From Chromera velia (taxonomy: Eukaryota), in assembly GCA_018398765.1 (NCBI GenBank), contig JAHBMJ010000499.1, positions 1-64,000 of the forward strand: a DNA stretch of 64,000 bases, in the 5' to 3' direction. Under the pieces are notes generated by a model, which saw only the letters and a list, made by a program, of their open reading frames with translations, did no database searches and was not told where the DNA came from. A program made the position numbers and the translations under genes. Below, one piece after another: positions 26,824 through 37,925 of the stretch (its first letter is position 1; every line of letters begins with the position of its first letter).

Positions 26824-29044
26824 TGATCGATCGAGAGGAAAGAATCTTCGTGAAGGAAATTGAACATCGCGGGCCAATAGATTTCTTTCTTTCTACAGAA
26901 ACTCCCACAACTAAATTTGGTGGAATGCCCGCAGATAAAGGCCTCTCAAGAACTGCTGCATGCGAGGGTAAACACGCTACTCATGCTGCATGAGTGACTG
27001 ACTGTTCGTGCCAGCATTTCCCATCGAGCAGGGTTCAAGGCCGAAGTGCTGACGGCAACAACTTCCAGCCGTCCAAGGTCTCCCTCTCTTCTTCTCCCCC
27101 TGGTGTTTCTCCTTTCCTCCCTCTCCCTTCCAGGCGAGACGGGGGCCGATGCCGGAGCAGAGGAAGAAGAGGAGGAGGAAGGCTCAGGCTCAGCCAGCGC
27201 CTCCCCTCCACATGCGATCACAGCATCAGCACAGAAGTCAACAGGGATCAGGTCGACCTTATAAGAAGGCTCGGCATAGAAAGACCGTGCCACCCCCGCT
27301 GCACCTGCGAAAACGAAGGCTGCGGGGATGGAGGCAGTCTCTGTGTACCCAGCCACCGGGCCGGACAGGGCAGGTGAGACGAACGACGGCCTGAGGATGA
27401 AGAGGTCTGTGGAGTCCCGGTTCACCGCCAGTGCGTGTTCTCCGAGGGCCTTTGTGAAGGTGAAGGCGTTGGGCCAGCCTCCTGCAGGCAGAGAATTGGA
27501 GGACGACGAGTGTGTGTGTGTGCAGATAGATACAAAGTAGAAGAAAATGGGTTTGGGAGAGCTCGTCTAGTAGACGGAGGTCTTTGTAAGCAAGTGGCAT
27601 CTGAGTCCCTAACAAACAAACAAACGAACAGATAGGCACACAACAAAACGACGTGGTCGGGGCGAAGGTACAGAAGGAGATACCGCCCTTGAGGCCTTCT
27701 CACACACAAAGACCCTGTCTTATCTGGAGAACTGACTGTCCTCTCCCATGTTCTTACTCCCTTCCTGCCTGTCTGTGTGACTGACTGACTCATCAGCCGG
27801 TTCTGCACGCTTTTGATGTCAGAATCCGAGGCCTCCCTGATCTCCTGAAGGACATCATGGAAGTCGAAGGGGAGCTCGTGGAGAGTCTCAGTAACAGTAA
27901 CCATGCCCCTGCAAAAAGGAGTCATGTGGAGATCGGGTGAGGGTGGAAGAGAAGGGGAGAAGGCCAACTGAGAAAGAATCCACGTTCCTTCTTTTCTCTG
28001 AAGATTCTATCAAGGGCACCGACGCACGCATTCCAGAGGTTTCTATGGGCTCATGCCGAATGGCAGGCACAAAAGGATATTTCCCTGACTTCCGGGTGAA
28101 GAAACAGGGGACGCGCAGACGGCCTTATATGTAAGAAGGAATGGTGCGGCGGGAGCGGGGTTGGGTCCTTCAAATTCTGAGGGAATGATTTGGGGAAGCA
28201 GACAGGGGGGAGCTGCAGATCGGACAACTGTGGGATGATGCCTGCGGTACACCTCCTGTCTGTATGCTTCTGAGCCAACTAGGCGACCCACTGGTGGTTG
28301 GCGTTCGCGAAGGCGGTAGAAACGTGGACAAAAGGAGGAGTTTTGGTGCACTCCTTGGTGAACGTCAGAAGACGCAGGGGGTCGTCAACGTTCTTTCTGA
28401 CAGCATCCTTGAGGGGAAGGATGTCCATGTCTGCACTGGAACACTCAATAACGACGTCCAGCTTCTCTCTCAGGGTTGCTGCGTCGTCAGTAGATAATCC
28501 CAACCCGTCCTTCTGGAGATTTGCGGGAATCTCACACAACCTCTCAGAGACCATCTCAGAGAAGTCTGGACCCATATCCATCCGGATAGGGTCACAGATC
28601 TCCGAGTTGAGAAGCTCATGGAGTGCTTTCTCAGAGTTCTGCACGCACGTGTTCAAGGAGAGTGGAACAGATACATCTACAGCGGGAGCTAGCACGGACG
28701 TACCACAAAATTCGATGACGAGTTCTCACGCCACTCATCACCACCTCAGCGCAAACTCACCCGCTTGGATGCGATCAGAAAGATCTTCTCAGGGTTCACT
28801 GCGGTAAGGAGTTTTACCAAGACAACCTGCATCAAATCAAACCATGACAGAGAAATGCATGAGGGGTGGGAGCCTGTGTATGTTAAGATGTGCTACACGA
28901 AGAGAATGATATGATGAGTCAGATCAGTAGTGACAAAACCAGCAGTCCGTGGCATGGGGCGCTTACCTTCCCGACAAAGCAGTCAAACCCCACAAGAAGT
29001 ATATTCTTGCCATCGAAATGGCTCAAAAGAGAATCCTCGGCCAT
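18578..29044 (-). CDS. Fatty acyl-CoA reductase-like (NAD_binding_4 + Sterile/FAR_C) :: ABCG half-transporter fusion protein
   Basis: Spliced translation from ATG 29044. FAR part: MAEDSLLSHFDGKNILLVGFDCFVGK | VVLVKLLTAVNPEKIFLIASKR | ...DGLGLSTDDAATLREKLDVVI...FVHVSTAFAN | ... GWPNAFTFTKALGE...ILRPSFV...VDLIPVDFCADAVIA | ...EPFMNSEWVF...LSDEDRQHLKLDVRSIVW | DGYLKILCYGVERFLL. In the same exon the ABCG NBD begins (LLQGVKGSLEPGQVTAVMGPSGAG|KST), followed by Q-loop AFVEQED, signature ISGGQKRRVSIG, Walker B ILFLDEPTSGLD and H-loop TIHQP. ABC2 membrane exons follow (IVRDP..., SERKIFVAEQRGNLYAPSSY, FRYLSTVSFIR|WGMDAL). Stop TGA at 18578-18580. Two N-gaps fall inside the gene. Confidence 0.9.
21093..21179. 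other. Assembly gap
   Basis: N run next to a poly-C tract. Confidence 1.
23168..23451. other. Assembly gap within the coding NBD-TMD linker of the fusion gene
   Basis: N run flanked by poly-G. Confidence 1.
25930..29044 (-). other. FAR-like domain portion of the fusion gene
   Basis: Colinear match to the FAR/male-sterility extended-SDR consensus (GKxIxxTGxTGFLGK, GDL..LGLS, HVSTAY, PNTYTFTK, RPS, D.IPVD, F...EW.F, L...DR..F..D...I.W..Y.....G...Y/FL). Confidence 0.88.
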
Positions 29045-29419
29045 GGCTTCTTTCACCCCACCAGCGCAGTCCCTTCAAACGAACGAGACGGCGCTGCAAG
29101 GAACGAACTACGGACCTCGCAGTCAAACCTGACTGCAGCAGATGACGATCACGTGAGGACAAAAAGGCAAGAAGTGCTACAAACAGATACAACTACCGTG
29201 ATAAGACTCAACATAAAACCGACAACAACTGCGCTTGTGACGTAGACGGAGTTCAAGAAGACTCCTCCCTTTTGTTGCAGACGCAGCAGTCTTTTGAGGG
29301 ACTGTTCACTCCGTGCGAGTTGATTTGGGGGGGCACGAAAGAGAAAGAGCGTCAATGTGATACACTCCCTATCAGGGTGAGTTTCTTGCATTTCCATTGT
29401 ATTGTTCCGTGCCATTCAG

Positions 29420-29517
29420 GAACCTTGATTGGACTCCGTTTTCAATTTTCGATGTGGATTTTTGGAGGAATCTTGATTTACGGGACTCCATTTTCAATTT
29501 TCGATATGGATTTTTGA
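29420..29517 (+). repeat. Two imperfect tandem copies of a ~49 bp unit in the divergent FAR-ABCG / P2 intergenic region
   Basis: gaaccttgattggactccgttttcaattttcgatgtggattttt and gaatcttgatttacgggactccattttcaattttcgatatggattttt. Confidence 0.8.
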
Positions 29518-29740
29518 ACTCAATCGGAAAGTTTTCCGCATTTTCCGAGACTGGGGCCTTTCAAGAGGAAAAATTTGCCCTCCGAGTCACCCTGTGCATG
29601 ACGGATCGCCCACCCACACATCCTTGCCTCCCACAAAAAAGATCCCTTCGTTTCTGTGGTGTTTCTGCCAAGATTCTCGAATCTTTCCTGTCCGTTGTTT
29701 CGCAAAGGAGGAGAGGCAGGGATTCGTTGAGTTTGAAAAG

Positions 29741-30277
29741 ATGGCCCTCAAGTACGTTGCTGCTTACAACATGGCCGTTGTGGCCGGCATGACCCCCGAT
29801 GCCAAGAGCATCGAGAAGATCATCACCTCCGCCGGTGGCTCTTGCGACGGTGCTGAGGTTGAGAAGCTGCTGACCATCCTTGCTGGCAAGGAGGCTCACG
29901 AGGTTGGTTTGTTGATCTGAATGACTGATTCACTCTCTCTTTGAGCTCAATGTATGGTGCGTCATACCCTTTGAATCTCTCTGTTTGCAGGTCATCGAGA
30001 AGGGTCTCGAGAAGCTCTCCACCGTTGCTGTCGGTGGAGGCGGTGGCGGTGCCCCTGCTGCCTCTGGCGGTGCGGCCCCTGCTGCGGATGCTGGTCAGTG
30101 TGAAGGATGTGATATCTGTTAGGTATTTTGGTCAGGATGTCACCATTCAGTCCTTGTTTACGTGTGCACCTCCCCGTCCCGCCTCTGCCCCTGACTGTGC
30201 CTGCAGCCGCGCCCGCCGCTGCCGCGCCCGTTGAGGAAGAGGAGGAGGAGGCCATGGACTTCGATCTCTTTGACTAA
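29741..30277 (+). CDS. RPLP2: 60S acidic ribosomal protein P2
   Basis: Exons 29741-29902, 29991-30093 and 30207-30277 with GT-AG introns. Protein: MALKYVAAYNMAVVAGMTPDAKSIEKIITSAGGSCDGAEVEKLLTILAGKEAHEVIEKGLEKLSTVAVGGGGGGAPAASGGAAPAADAAAPAAAAPVEEEEEEAMDFDLFD. It has the P2-type MKYVAAY N-terminus, Ala/Gly hinge and acidic tail ending in LFD. Confidence 0.96.
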
Positions 30278-31025
30278 GCGAACAGGCTAACGAGGATCGA
30301 GAGGAGAACTCAAGTCAGTCAGTAATTTTGGCCTCACGGCGAGGCTTTTTTTTTGTACCTCTGCAGAGACTCTGAGTCCAGACTGGAAACCGTGCGTGAT
30401 CGAAGGAGGGGTATAAAAATGCACCTAGCTTGGTTGCAAGGGGCGAAGGGTCCCATCGTAGTATGAGTTTGTCTGATTCAAGGGAAAATATTGGAGGGCA
30501 GATGGGATTTTGACTGCGTGTGTGGGATTCCTTTTAGTGGGCTGACTGGGGCAGGAGGTGACGGGATGGAGAACCAGGCACGAGTGGATGAATGACTTGG
30601 GGTCCGCAGAAAAGCGTCAGAGGGTCGGGCGGTTTTGCAACAGAAAATGAGGTATTTTAAAAACGAACTGCAAGGGAAGGGGACTTGTTGGAGAAGAGCG
30701 CAAAGGAAGGGAAAAACTGGGTGGGGAATGGGCCCGGCTCACTCGCGCGGCGGTACTCTTCCTTCCGATGAACGAGGGGGCTGTTTATGCAGGACTGGGC
30801 GGGCAGCACACAGGACAGAAAGGTTTCGATACGCAGGCAGCGACGGAAGAAAAACAAAGTCTGAAATTCAGGAAACGGAAGATGGGGAGACTATGTCGAG
30901 TTTGTGAATGCTCGCACAAACACATCTGCCGCCCTACGGTGATCCTGAGACGGACAGCTAGATGTCTAGAGTGAAAGTCTTTGAGTTCACGCGATCAGAA
31001 AGAAAAAAACAGGAAGAGTTTGGGG

Positions 31026-31064
31026 NNNNNNNNNNNNNNNNNNNNNNNNNNNNNNNNNNNNNNN
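31026..31064. other. Assembly gap
   Basis: N run flanked by G tracts. Confidence 1.
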
Positions 31065-31560
31065 GGGGGGAGAGATGGAGAGGCAGGTCGGGTTCGCAGT
31101 AGCACCGCAGACTCCACACACATGCAGACACGCGCACGCGTACATGAAGAGAGCGAGAGAGTGAACGAGGCATGACAGCAGTCAGGAGACGAGGAGAGGC
31201 AGGTGAATGGGAGGGAATGGTGACTGACAGGCTCCCAGTGAAGGGATGGATGCAGGCAGTACCGAATGAACGCTCAGACAAGTCAGCAGATGCATGTCAA
31301 GTGCTGGTGTTTGACGAAAAGATCCGACGGAGACGCACATATCGATGCATGCGAGCAAGCCACAAAAGGAAGGTAGGTATGGTCACGAAAGGGTAGCTGG
31401 GTGAAAGAAACACGGCAGAGCGCATGCAGGGGATTTGAATGACAGACAGATGTGCAGATAGGGAGAGTAAAGGAGATACAGACGCCATACAGCACATCCA
31501 CCCTCAGTGAGAAACAGCAAGGAAGGAAAGTTGTCCGATTCCATCCTCTTCATTCTCTGA

Positions 31561-31648
31561 TTGATCAAAGAAGAATGAAACATCGTTCTCGGGTTGATCA
31601 AAGAAGAATGAAACATCGTTCTCGGGTTGATCAAAGAAGAATGAAACA
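31561..31648 (+). repeat. 33 bp tandem repeat, about 2.7 copies
   Basis: ttgatcaaagaagaatgaaacatcgttctcggg repeated. Confidence 0.9.
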
Positions 31649-32584
31649 GAGGAAACGAGAGCGAAGAAGATCTTCAAAGAGCTCAGAGAGAATGTGAGAG
31701 ACACAAAGCGCTGGAGAGAGGAAGCGGAAGGGGTGTGTGTCAATGATGGAGGAGGAGTAAGGAAAGTTGAGGGAGGGAGGGAGGGAGAGAGAGTGGCAGA
31801 GAAGCGATCCGGAAAAGACGCAGAGGCGTTCAAGACGAAGACAAGGAGAATCTTGGTGACAGACTTTTTGAAATAGTTTTCAAAAAAAGTTGTCGCAGAG
31901 ATATGAGGGGATAACCATCAGACAGACAGACAGACAGACACATGCGTAGAAGGAGAGAGAGTCTTCCAGCTATCCCGTACACCTTTCGTCTAAAGGAAGA
32001 TGGCAAGTGCAAGTGCAATGCCTAATCTGTCTGGCAATTACACTCACGGATGTGCACAGACGGCAGCAAGCCTTACAACTGGTTGCATGAGTGACGCGAG
32101 CCGACAGGGGTTGGAGAGCAGAGGGAGCGGCTGGGATGAGGACCATTGTGGAGGTATTATTTCGAGATTTCATTTGTCTTTCGGTTGTGTTCGGTTTGAT
32201 CCGGCCGATCGAGGAGGTTCAGCAGGATATATTCGCACATCGCTTTTGGTCTTGATTTTTTTTTTCATGGCAATACAGCGTCATGGCGGAAGCGTGAACC
32301 TGAGATTGGTCTCGGCCTGCTACAAATTAAGACGCATCCTAATTCCTTCTCACTGTCTCCCTCCTTTCTGATACGTGCCCACGTGTGTGCAGGTTCTCGA
32401 TCGCTGTTTCGTTCTAACACCAACCATCCCGGCGATTGATAAACGAACTGACTGAATCCCCTGCTTGAGGAAAGGAAGCGAGAACTGGATGCTCAAACTT
32501 GTGGATCGGAAAACAGTGGCCAATCTATGGTGGCAGCCTGAGATAGACCACTGAAAAGAAGAAAGCACCACAGATCATTAGCAA

Positions 32585-32870
32585 TCCAGTTTAAATAATA
32601 ACTTCTTTTCCCGTTGTTAAAATATAGACAGTAAATGTTTGAAAAAAAAAAATTCTGCGATCCCTAAAGCTTAGCTAGATTTTTTTTTTAGCCCAATTAG
32701 TTTTAATTTGAAGCTTAATAACATTTAATAGTAATTGAGCATCATATATAAAAGTAACACAAAGTTTTATCAATGTTCAAACAACGGTTGTTGTTCAAGT
32801 TGCTAGTTTAAAATTCAACTATAGGATTGACAATCTTACTCTTATATTAAGTGATAAGTGATTTAGTGGT
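32585..32870. other. AT-rich intergenic island 3
   Basis: AT-rich with poly-A (~32642-32652) and poly-T (~32680-32689) tracts and no ORF. Confidence 0.8.
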
Positions 32871-35128
32871 GCCCTAGAGCACTGTTGCCGTTTTGTCTTA
32901 TAGAGGTCGCCCCCGCAAATGGCAGGAGGGTGTACCTCATCGCTGAGGCTCAGACCACACCCCGTGGCCCGCCTGGTTTCCCAGGCCACGATCAACTAAC
33001 AACTTTTCTGAACTTTGCATGCTTTGGCCCGCTGGTTGAGAGGAAACAATTCTAAAGATAACACCAACCAGACGATAAAGCATTTGGGCTTTGTTCGTGC
33101 TCTTCCTGCATCCTTCTCTCTGCTTTGCTCTCTCCTCCCGCTCTTATCTTCTTCCCCGGGCCCTTTTCTATTGCTTCCAGAATACCCTTCTATTAATATA
33201 TCTCTTCTTTCCTTTCCTCTCCTCCCCTTCTCTGTGATGACCCCATACCTTTGTGCCAGTACCGTCTCATCAAATGAGCTTCCCGGTGCGTACCTTCTTA
33301 GGCTCTCCGGCCTTAAAGCAGGGATAGCAAGGGGCAGAGCCAAAATAACGGAACGACAGGAGGCACCTTTTAAAGACCAGATACATACAGGTCTCGCTCA
33401 CTCACTCACTCACTCACTCACTCACTCACTCACTCCCTCAGTCTCTGCATCGAAAAGGGCAGGCACATATGCATGCACGCAGGTGTGTACGTGACTCTCT
33501 TAAGCGGTCTCAGGGTCTGCATGTCAGCGCCAGATGATCTATCTACTGTCGCTCAGTCAGCCGGCGAGAAGTGCCTTTATCATCCAGATTGAATCTGAAC
33601 GCGTTCCCGACCGGCCGGCGAAATCCCCTCCCCGCCCCCACTCAGGTGGACGGGGGGTGAACCTCTGTAGACACGGCGGAGGCATCGACTCGCCGAGCGC
33701 GACATGCAGGTGAGTTGACCCGGAAAAGTCGGGGGAGAGGCCAGGATCCTTGACGGTCTCTGTATTCATTTCGTCTGAGCGACTCATCCTTTCCCCCGCT
33801 TCTTTCCTACAGAGTACCGCGACCAACCAAACTCAAATCGAAGAAAGCCTCGCAATAGAGGAAAAACAAAGCAAACCTCCATATCCATGGAGCCAGACCA
33901 CCAAAAGGACGCGAAAAGCGAGGTGCGCATCCTCCCGAGAGAACAGAACAGAACAGACGGCACGAATGACAGTCACGTGATGATGCGATGATCAGGATCT
34001 GATTCATGCCAGTCACACACGCAAAGACAAAGAAAAAAAGCGCGGAACGTCCGTCGATCGGTCGCCATGCGAACCAAAGAAAACTTTACCAGACCTCAAC
34101 AAAGCCCTAACCAGACCAGAACAAACGATAAAGACAACACCAAAACAGCACCCACATAAGACAAGCTTTCCAGGACACAGAAACACCGAAAAACGCACAG
34201 ACACAGACACAGAGCGAAACAGAACCGGACAAAAAGAAAGAGAGACTTCCCCTTTCTTCAAGCGTCGTCCCCGGTCCAGAAGAAGAAGAGAACAGACTCT
34301 CCACAACGAGCAAGAGCAGGAGTCCGTTGTCAATGCAGAAGAGCAACCAGGATGAGAGGACTCAGATCCAGGCATCACGTCGGCAAAGCTCGATCTACTT
34401 GACCAGGCAGCAATTTCGACACCCCCATAGACGCAATCACACAGACACTCAGGCAGGTGGCAGGGGCGTCGACTCGCTCAATCGATTTTCCTGCACACAG
34501 CAGCAAAGGGGAAACAAAGCAACGCTCAAGATGGTGTCCCCCAAAGAAAAGACAAATGAACAAACCGAAGAAAAGAACTCATCCTGACACACGCACGCAT
34601 ACATCCCGCCACCCATACGTGCACTCACGCACACTCAACGCGCAAACGAATACAGAGAAGCACAGACTCTCAGCCAACCACTCAATTCAAATCACCAAGT
34701 CGGAAAACCAGCCAGACTCAACGGGCATTCTCCAAACACATGCAGAAAAAACCCTCCTTCCTCACTCTCCCTCAAACACTCACACCCCCTCCTCCCTCCA
34801 GACGACAAACCATGAAAGCCCAACCCCCCTCCGATCGCATAATCAGAAAGATTCAGACGGTCTCTCGAAGGCCGACTCACCTGTCAGTCCTCGGCCCTTC
34901 CCGCGGCACGCACGAACGGACGTCCACCTCCCCTGCTGCCCTCCCTTCTTCCTTCCCCTCCACCGGAGCCCACACACGCACTCTTGCCCCTCTCTCCTGG
35001 CAGTCATTCCAACACCATACCACGACCTGCACACATTCAGGCAGGGAAAAGAGGAGGGAGAAAAAATGAGGACCGTCCTGTGCGATGTGCTTCCTAATCT
35101 TCTCACTCACTCACTCACTGACTCACTC

Positions 35129-35129
<1 letters not shown>

Positions 35130-35172
<43 letters not shown>

Positions 35173-35505
35173 GAGAAAGAGAGCGAGAGAGAGAGCGAAC
35201 GAGAGAGCGAGCGAGAGAGAGAGCGAGAGAGAGAGAAAAACAGAGAGAGAGAGAGAGACAGACAGAGACAGAGACAGACAGACATTGAGAGGAGAGATAG
35301 AGAGAAAGAAACATAGAGAGAAAGAGAGAAAGAGAGAAAGAGGGAAAGACAGAGAGAGAGAAAGACAGAAAGAGAAACAAAGAGAGAGAGAAGGAGAGCG
35401 AGACAGCGAGACAGCGAAAGAGAGAGAGAAAGAGAGAGAGGGAGAAAGAGAGAGAAAGGCAGACACAAAAAGACGCAGAGAGAGACAGAGAGAGAGACAG
35501 AGAGA
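35130..35505 (+). repeat. Degenerate GA-rich microsatellite
   Basis: Purine-rich (GA/GAAA/GACA)n tract. Confidence 0.9.
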
Positions 35506-35656
35506 TGCAAGGCTATGCACTTCAAAGTTACACATCCACATATGCTTCGAAAATCATTTAAACCTCCCCCATTTTCTTTCGTCTTTGTTTTTTCGTGCAT
35601 TTTTGTGTGTATAATTTTTTCAAGCCATCAAAAACCATGCCGAGTGCAAATAACGG

Positions 35657-36375
35657 TGCAAACCCTCTCACTCAAAGATAACTCGGCCAAGCAGATCCTT
35701 CCTAGAGTGCACAGCAGTGCAAAAACGACCTAGAGTGCCTGTCTGCTTCGTCAAAACAAAGAGCGAAAAGGGTAACTCGCAAGGGCATGTGGCCGTGGGC
35801 CTTTACAGGATTCCATCATCAATTACCCGAAGCTCGATGAAGCTGCATCTCAGGAACCCCTACCACCCGATGCGAACACAAGACACAAGTCAATCTGAAC
35901 GATCAACCAGCGATATGTGTATGTGTGGCTTACTTGGTTCTCGACTCCATCGACGTCGCACCCCCTCAGGTCCCTTTTGAAGATCTCCAAAGAAGAAGAC
36001 CATCACCGAAGGCACCGTCAGTTGCAGAGAACCGCACATGCCTCCTCCGAGCATCTGCACGCATGCATGCAATCTGCACAAGCCTTGCAAACCCTCTCAC
36101 TCAAAGATAACTCGGCCAAGCAGATCCTTCCTACAGTGCACATCAGTGCAGAAAGGACCTAGAGTGCCTAGCTGTCTGCTTCGTCAAAACAAAGAGCGAA
36201 AAGGGCAACTCGCAAGGGCATGTGGCCGTGGGCCTTTACAGGATTCCATCATCGATTACCCGAAGCTCGCTGAAGCTGCATCTCAGGAACCCCTACCACC
36301 CGATGCGAACACAAGACACAAGTCAATCTGAACGATCAACCAGCGATATGTGTATGTGTGGCTTACTTGGTTCTC
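35657..36375 (+). repeat. Pair of near-identical ~290 bp direct repeats (35657-35942 and 36086-36375)
   Basis: By-eye alignment gives about 7 substitutions and one 4 nt indel. The copies are separated by 143 bp of unique sequence. Confidence 0.95.
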
Positions 36376-37784
36376 CTCCTGATTGACGTCCGAAGGACGT
36401 CAGAGCACAGCATAAGAGGCTTCTGTCGCATTCCCCTGCATGGACTGCGCCATGGAGCAGACGTTAGGGTTTTCGTTCCGGTCTCTCCTCAACTCCACAA
36501 TCTGCACACACGCAGCAGACAGACAGGTAGGCTGAGCCTCGTGAGTTGGATGCATTTCATCAATAAATCATTCAGTCCGTAAGTGATTGAGTGCGTAAGT
36601 GAATGAGCAAGGGAGCAACTGACAAAGTGGAAAGCATGCCCCCCCCCTTACCGCCGTCCTGTCTGTCTTTCCTTTTCTTGCTCCCCGTCCATTCCCTTCC
36701 CTTCCCTCCTTCTTTCTTTCTTTGCTTTTTCCCTTGGTTCGTCCCTTTCCTCCCGCTTGCATGCATGTTTTGTTTGTTTGTTTGTTTCTCTCTCTCTCTC
36801 TTTCTTTCTTTGCATCTTTCTTTTCATTTTGCTTCTCTCCTTCTTGAAAATAGGAGGTCGTGTTGAAGGCATATGAAGAGTTCATGGTCCCATCACTTGG
36901 ATGTTTGCTTGCTTGAAGGCAATGAATGCTTCTATGTGTGATGTGGTAGTGAAGGCATACGAGGAGACCGAGGGGAGGAAGAAATATCAGCCTGAGGGAA
37001 CCCGGTGCAGATTGGCTTCGGGGAAAGCGAGCAAGAATAAGGGAGAGGGAAAGGAGGGGCAGTCAACGTCCTGTACTGAGAAGAACAGCAGAGAAACGAG
37101 GTCATGGTAGCACACCATGCATGGATGCTACTCATGCGCCCAACAAAAAGCAGAGGCATCCGTAAAGAAGAAGGAAACCAAACAACAGAGAGGTAGAGAC
37201 AGATACGTATACAGGTATACAGTGTCCCAAGGATTTTCAGAGCGAAAGAGAGTGCAATGCACCTTGCTGAAAAAGCCACCGGGTACAGACATGTTGCTGT
37301 CACTTAGAGGCAATACCCGACTTACATAACAAATTGAATTGACCAACTTACTCAGATGCTGCTATCCTCCCCCCGTTGCAGAGCAAGTAGATCTCCAAAG
37401 TTCTCCATGTGTCGGTGCAAATTCTTTTCCAGGAGCAGAGCCGGAAGGACTTTGCGTGTTCTGATGGGCGCTGAACTGCTGTTGAGGTGACATTCACGCA
37501 GCATCCGAGAGAATTCCTTAATTCTGTACGGACGTACATTGCATGAAGGAAACTGAGGTGTTGCGCGGAAGTTTCAGGCTGTACGTTTAGCGTGCAGAAT
37601 ATCTTCGTACACAACCTTCAGTGTATCTTCAAGCTGGAAGTTGGCTCTGGAAGAACGGAAGCACACTGTCACCTTTTGCAGAGGGGAGAAGGAGGATGCG
37701 GAGCTCGAGGAACAAGAGTAGTCAGGGTCAATATGGGTCAATACATACGCACATATACGCATGCACTGAAAGCGTATATATACG

Positions 37785-37925
37785 TTCTTCGGCCCCGCAA
37801 AGTCGAAAAAATGGGCCACAAAAGCGAAACTTTTGCAATGTGGCCCCGGAAAGCGTAGCGTGGGGCACCCGCAAAAATCCGCAAAAGGCCCCGCGGCCGC
37901 ATGGCCGGCCCGCGATGGCCCGCAT
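37785..37925. promoter_or_regulatory. GC-rich motif cluster (CCCCGC / CCGCAAA / GGCCCG) just upstream of the CEP290-like start
   Basis: ggccccgcaaa, gtggggc, cccgcaaaaa, ccgcaaaa, ggccccgc and two ggcccgc lie within 140 bp, 150-290 bp upstream of ATG 38076. Confidence 0.35.

Larger units (their letters stand above)
34881..36501 (-). ncRNA. Probable spliced transcript without a clear ORF (lncRNA, UTR or decayed gene), divergent from the CEP290-like gene
   Basis: Minus-strand exon-like blocks bounded by tgcag| and |gtaag or |gtgag at ~36367-36501, 35934-36054 and ~34881-35026. The first block has stops in all three frames. Confidence 0.35.

Noticed and set aside
29903..30206. Intronic snoRNA in the P2 gene
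   Set aside because: No convincing box C/D pair with terminal stem or H/ACA structure is visible.
15851..32950. Shared decamer cgctgaggct right of AT islands 2 and 3
   Set aside because: Only 10 bp, absent at island 1, and compatible with chance.
32960..33000. Helitron 3' end (hairpin gcctgg-tttc-ccaggc followed by CTAA)
   Set aside because: CTRR is not followed by T, and no 5' TC end or second copy is visible.
30600..34800. Protein-coding gene between P2 and the CEP290-like gene
   Set aside because: Only short low-complexity ORFs with no recognisable domain or consistent exon chain.
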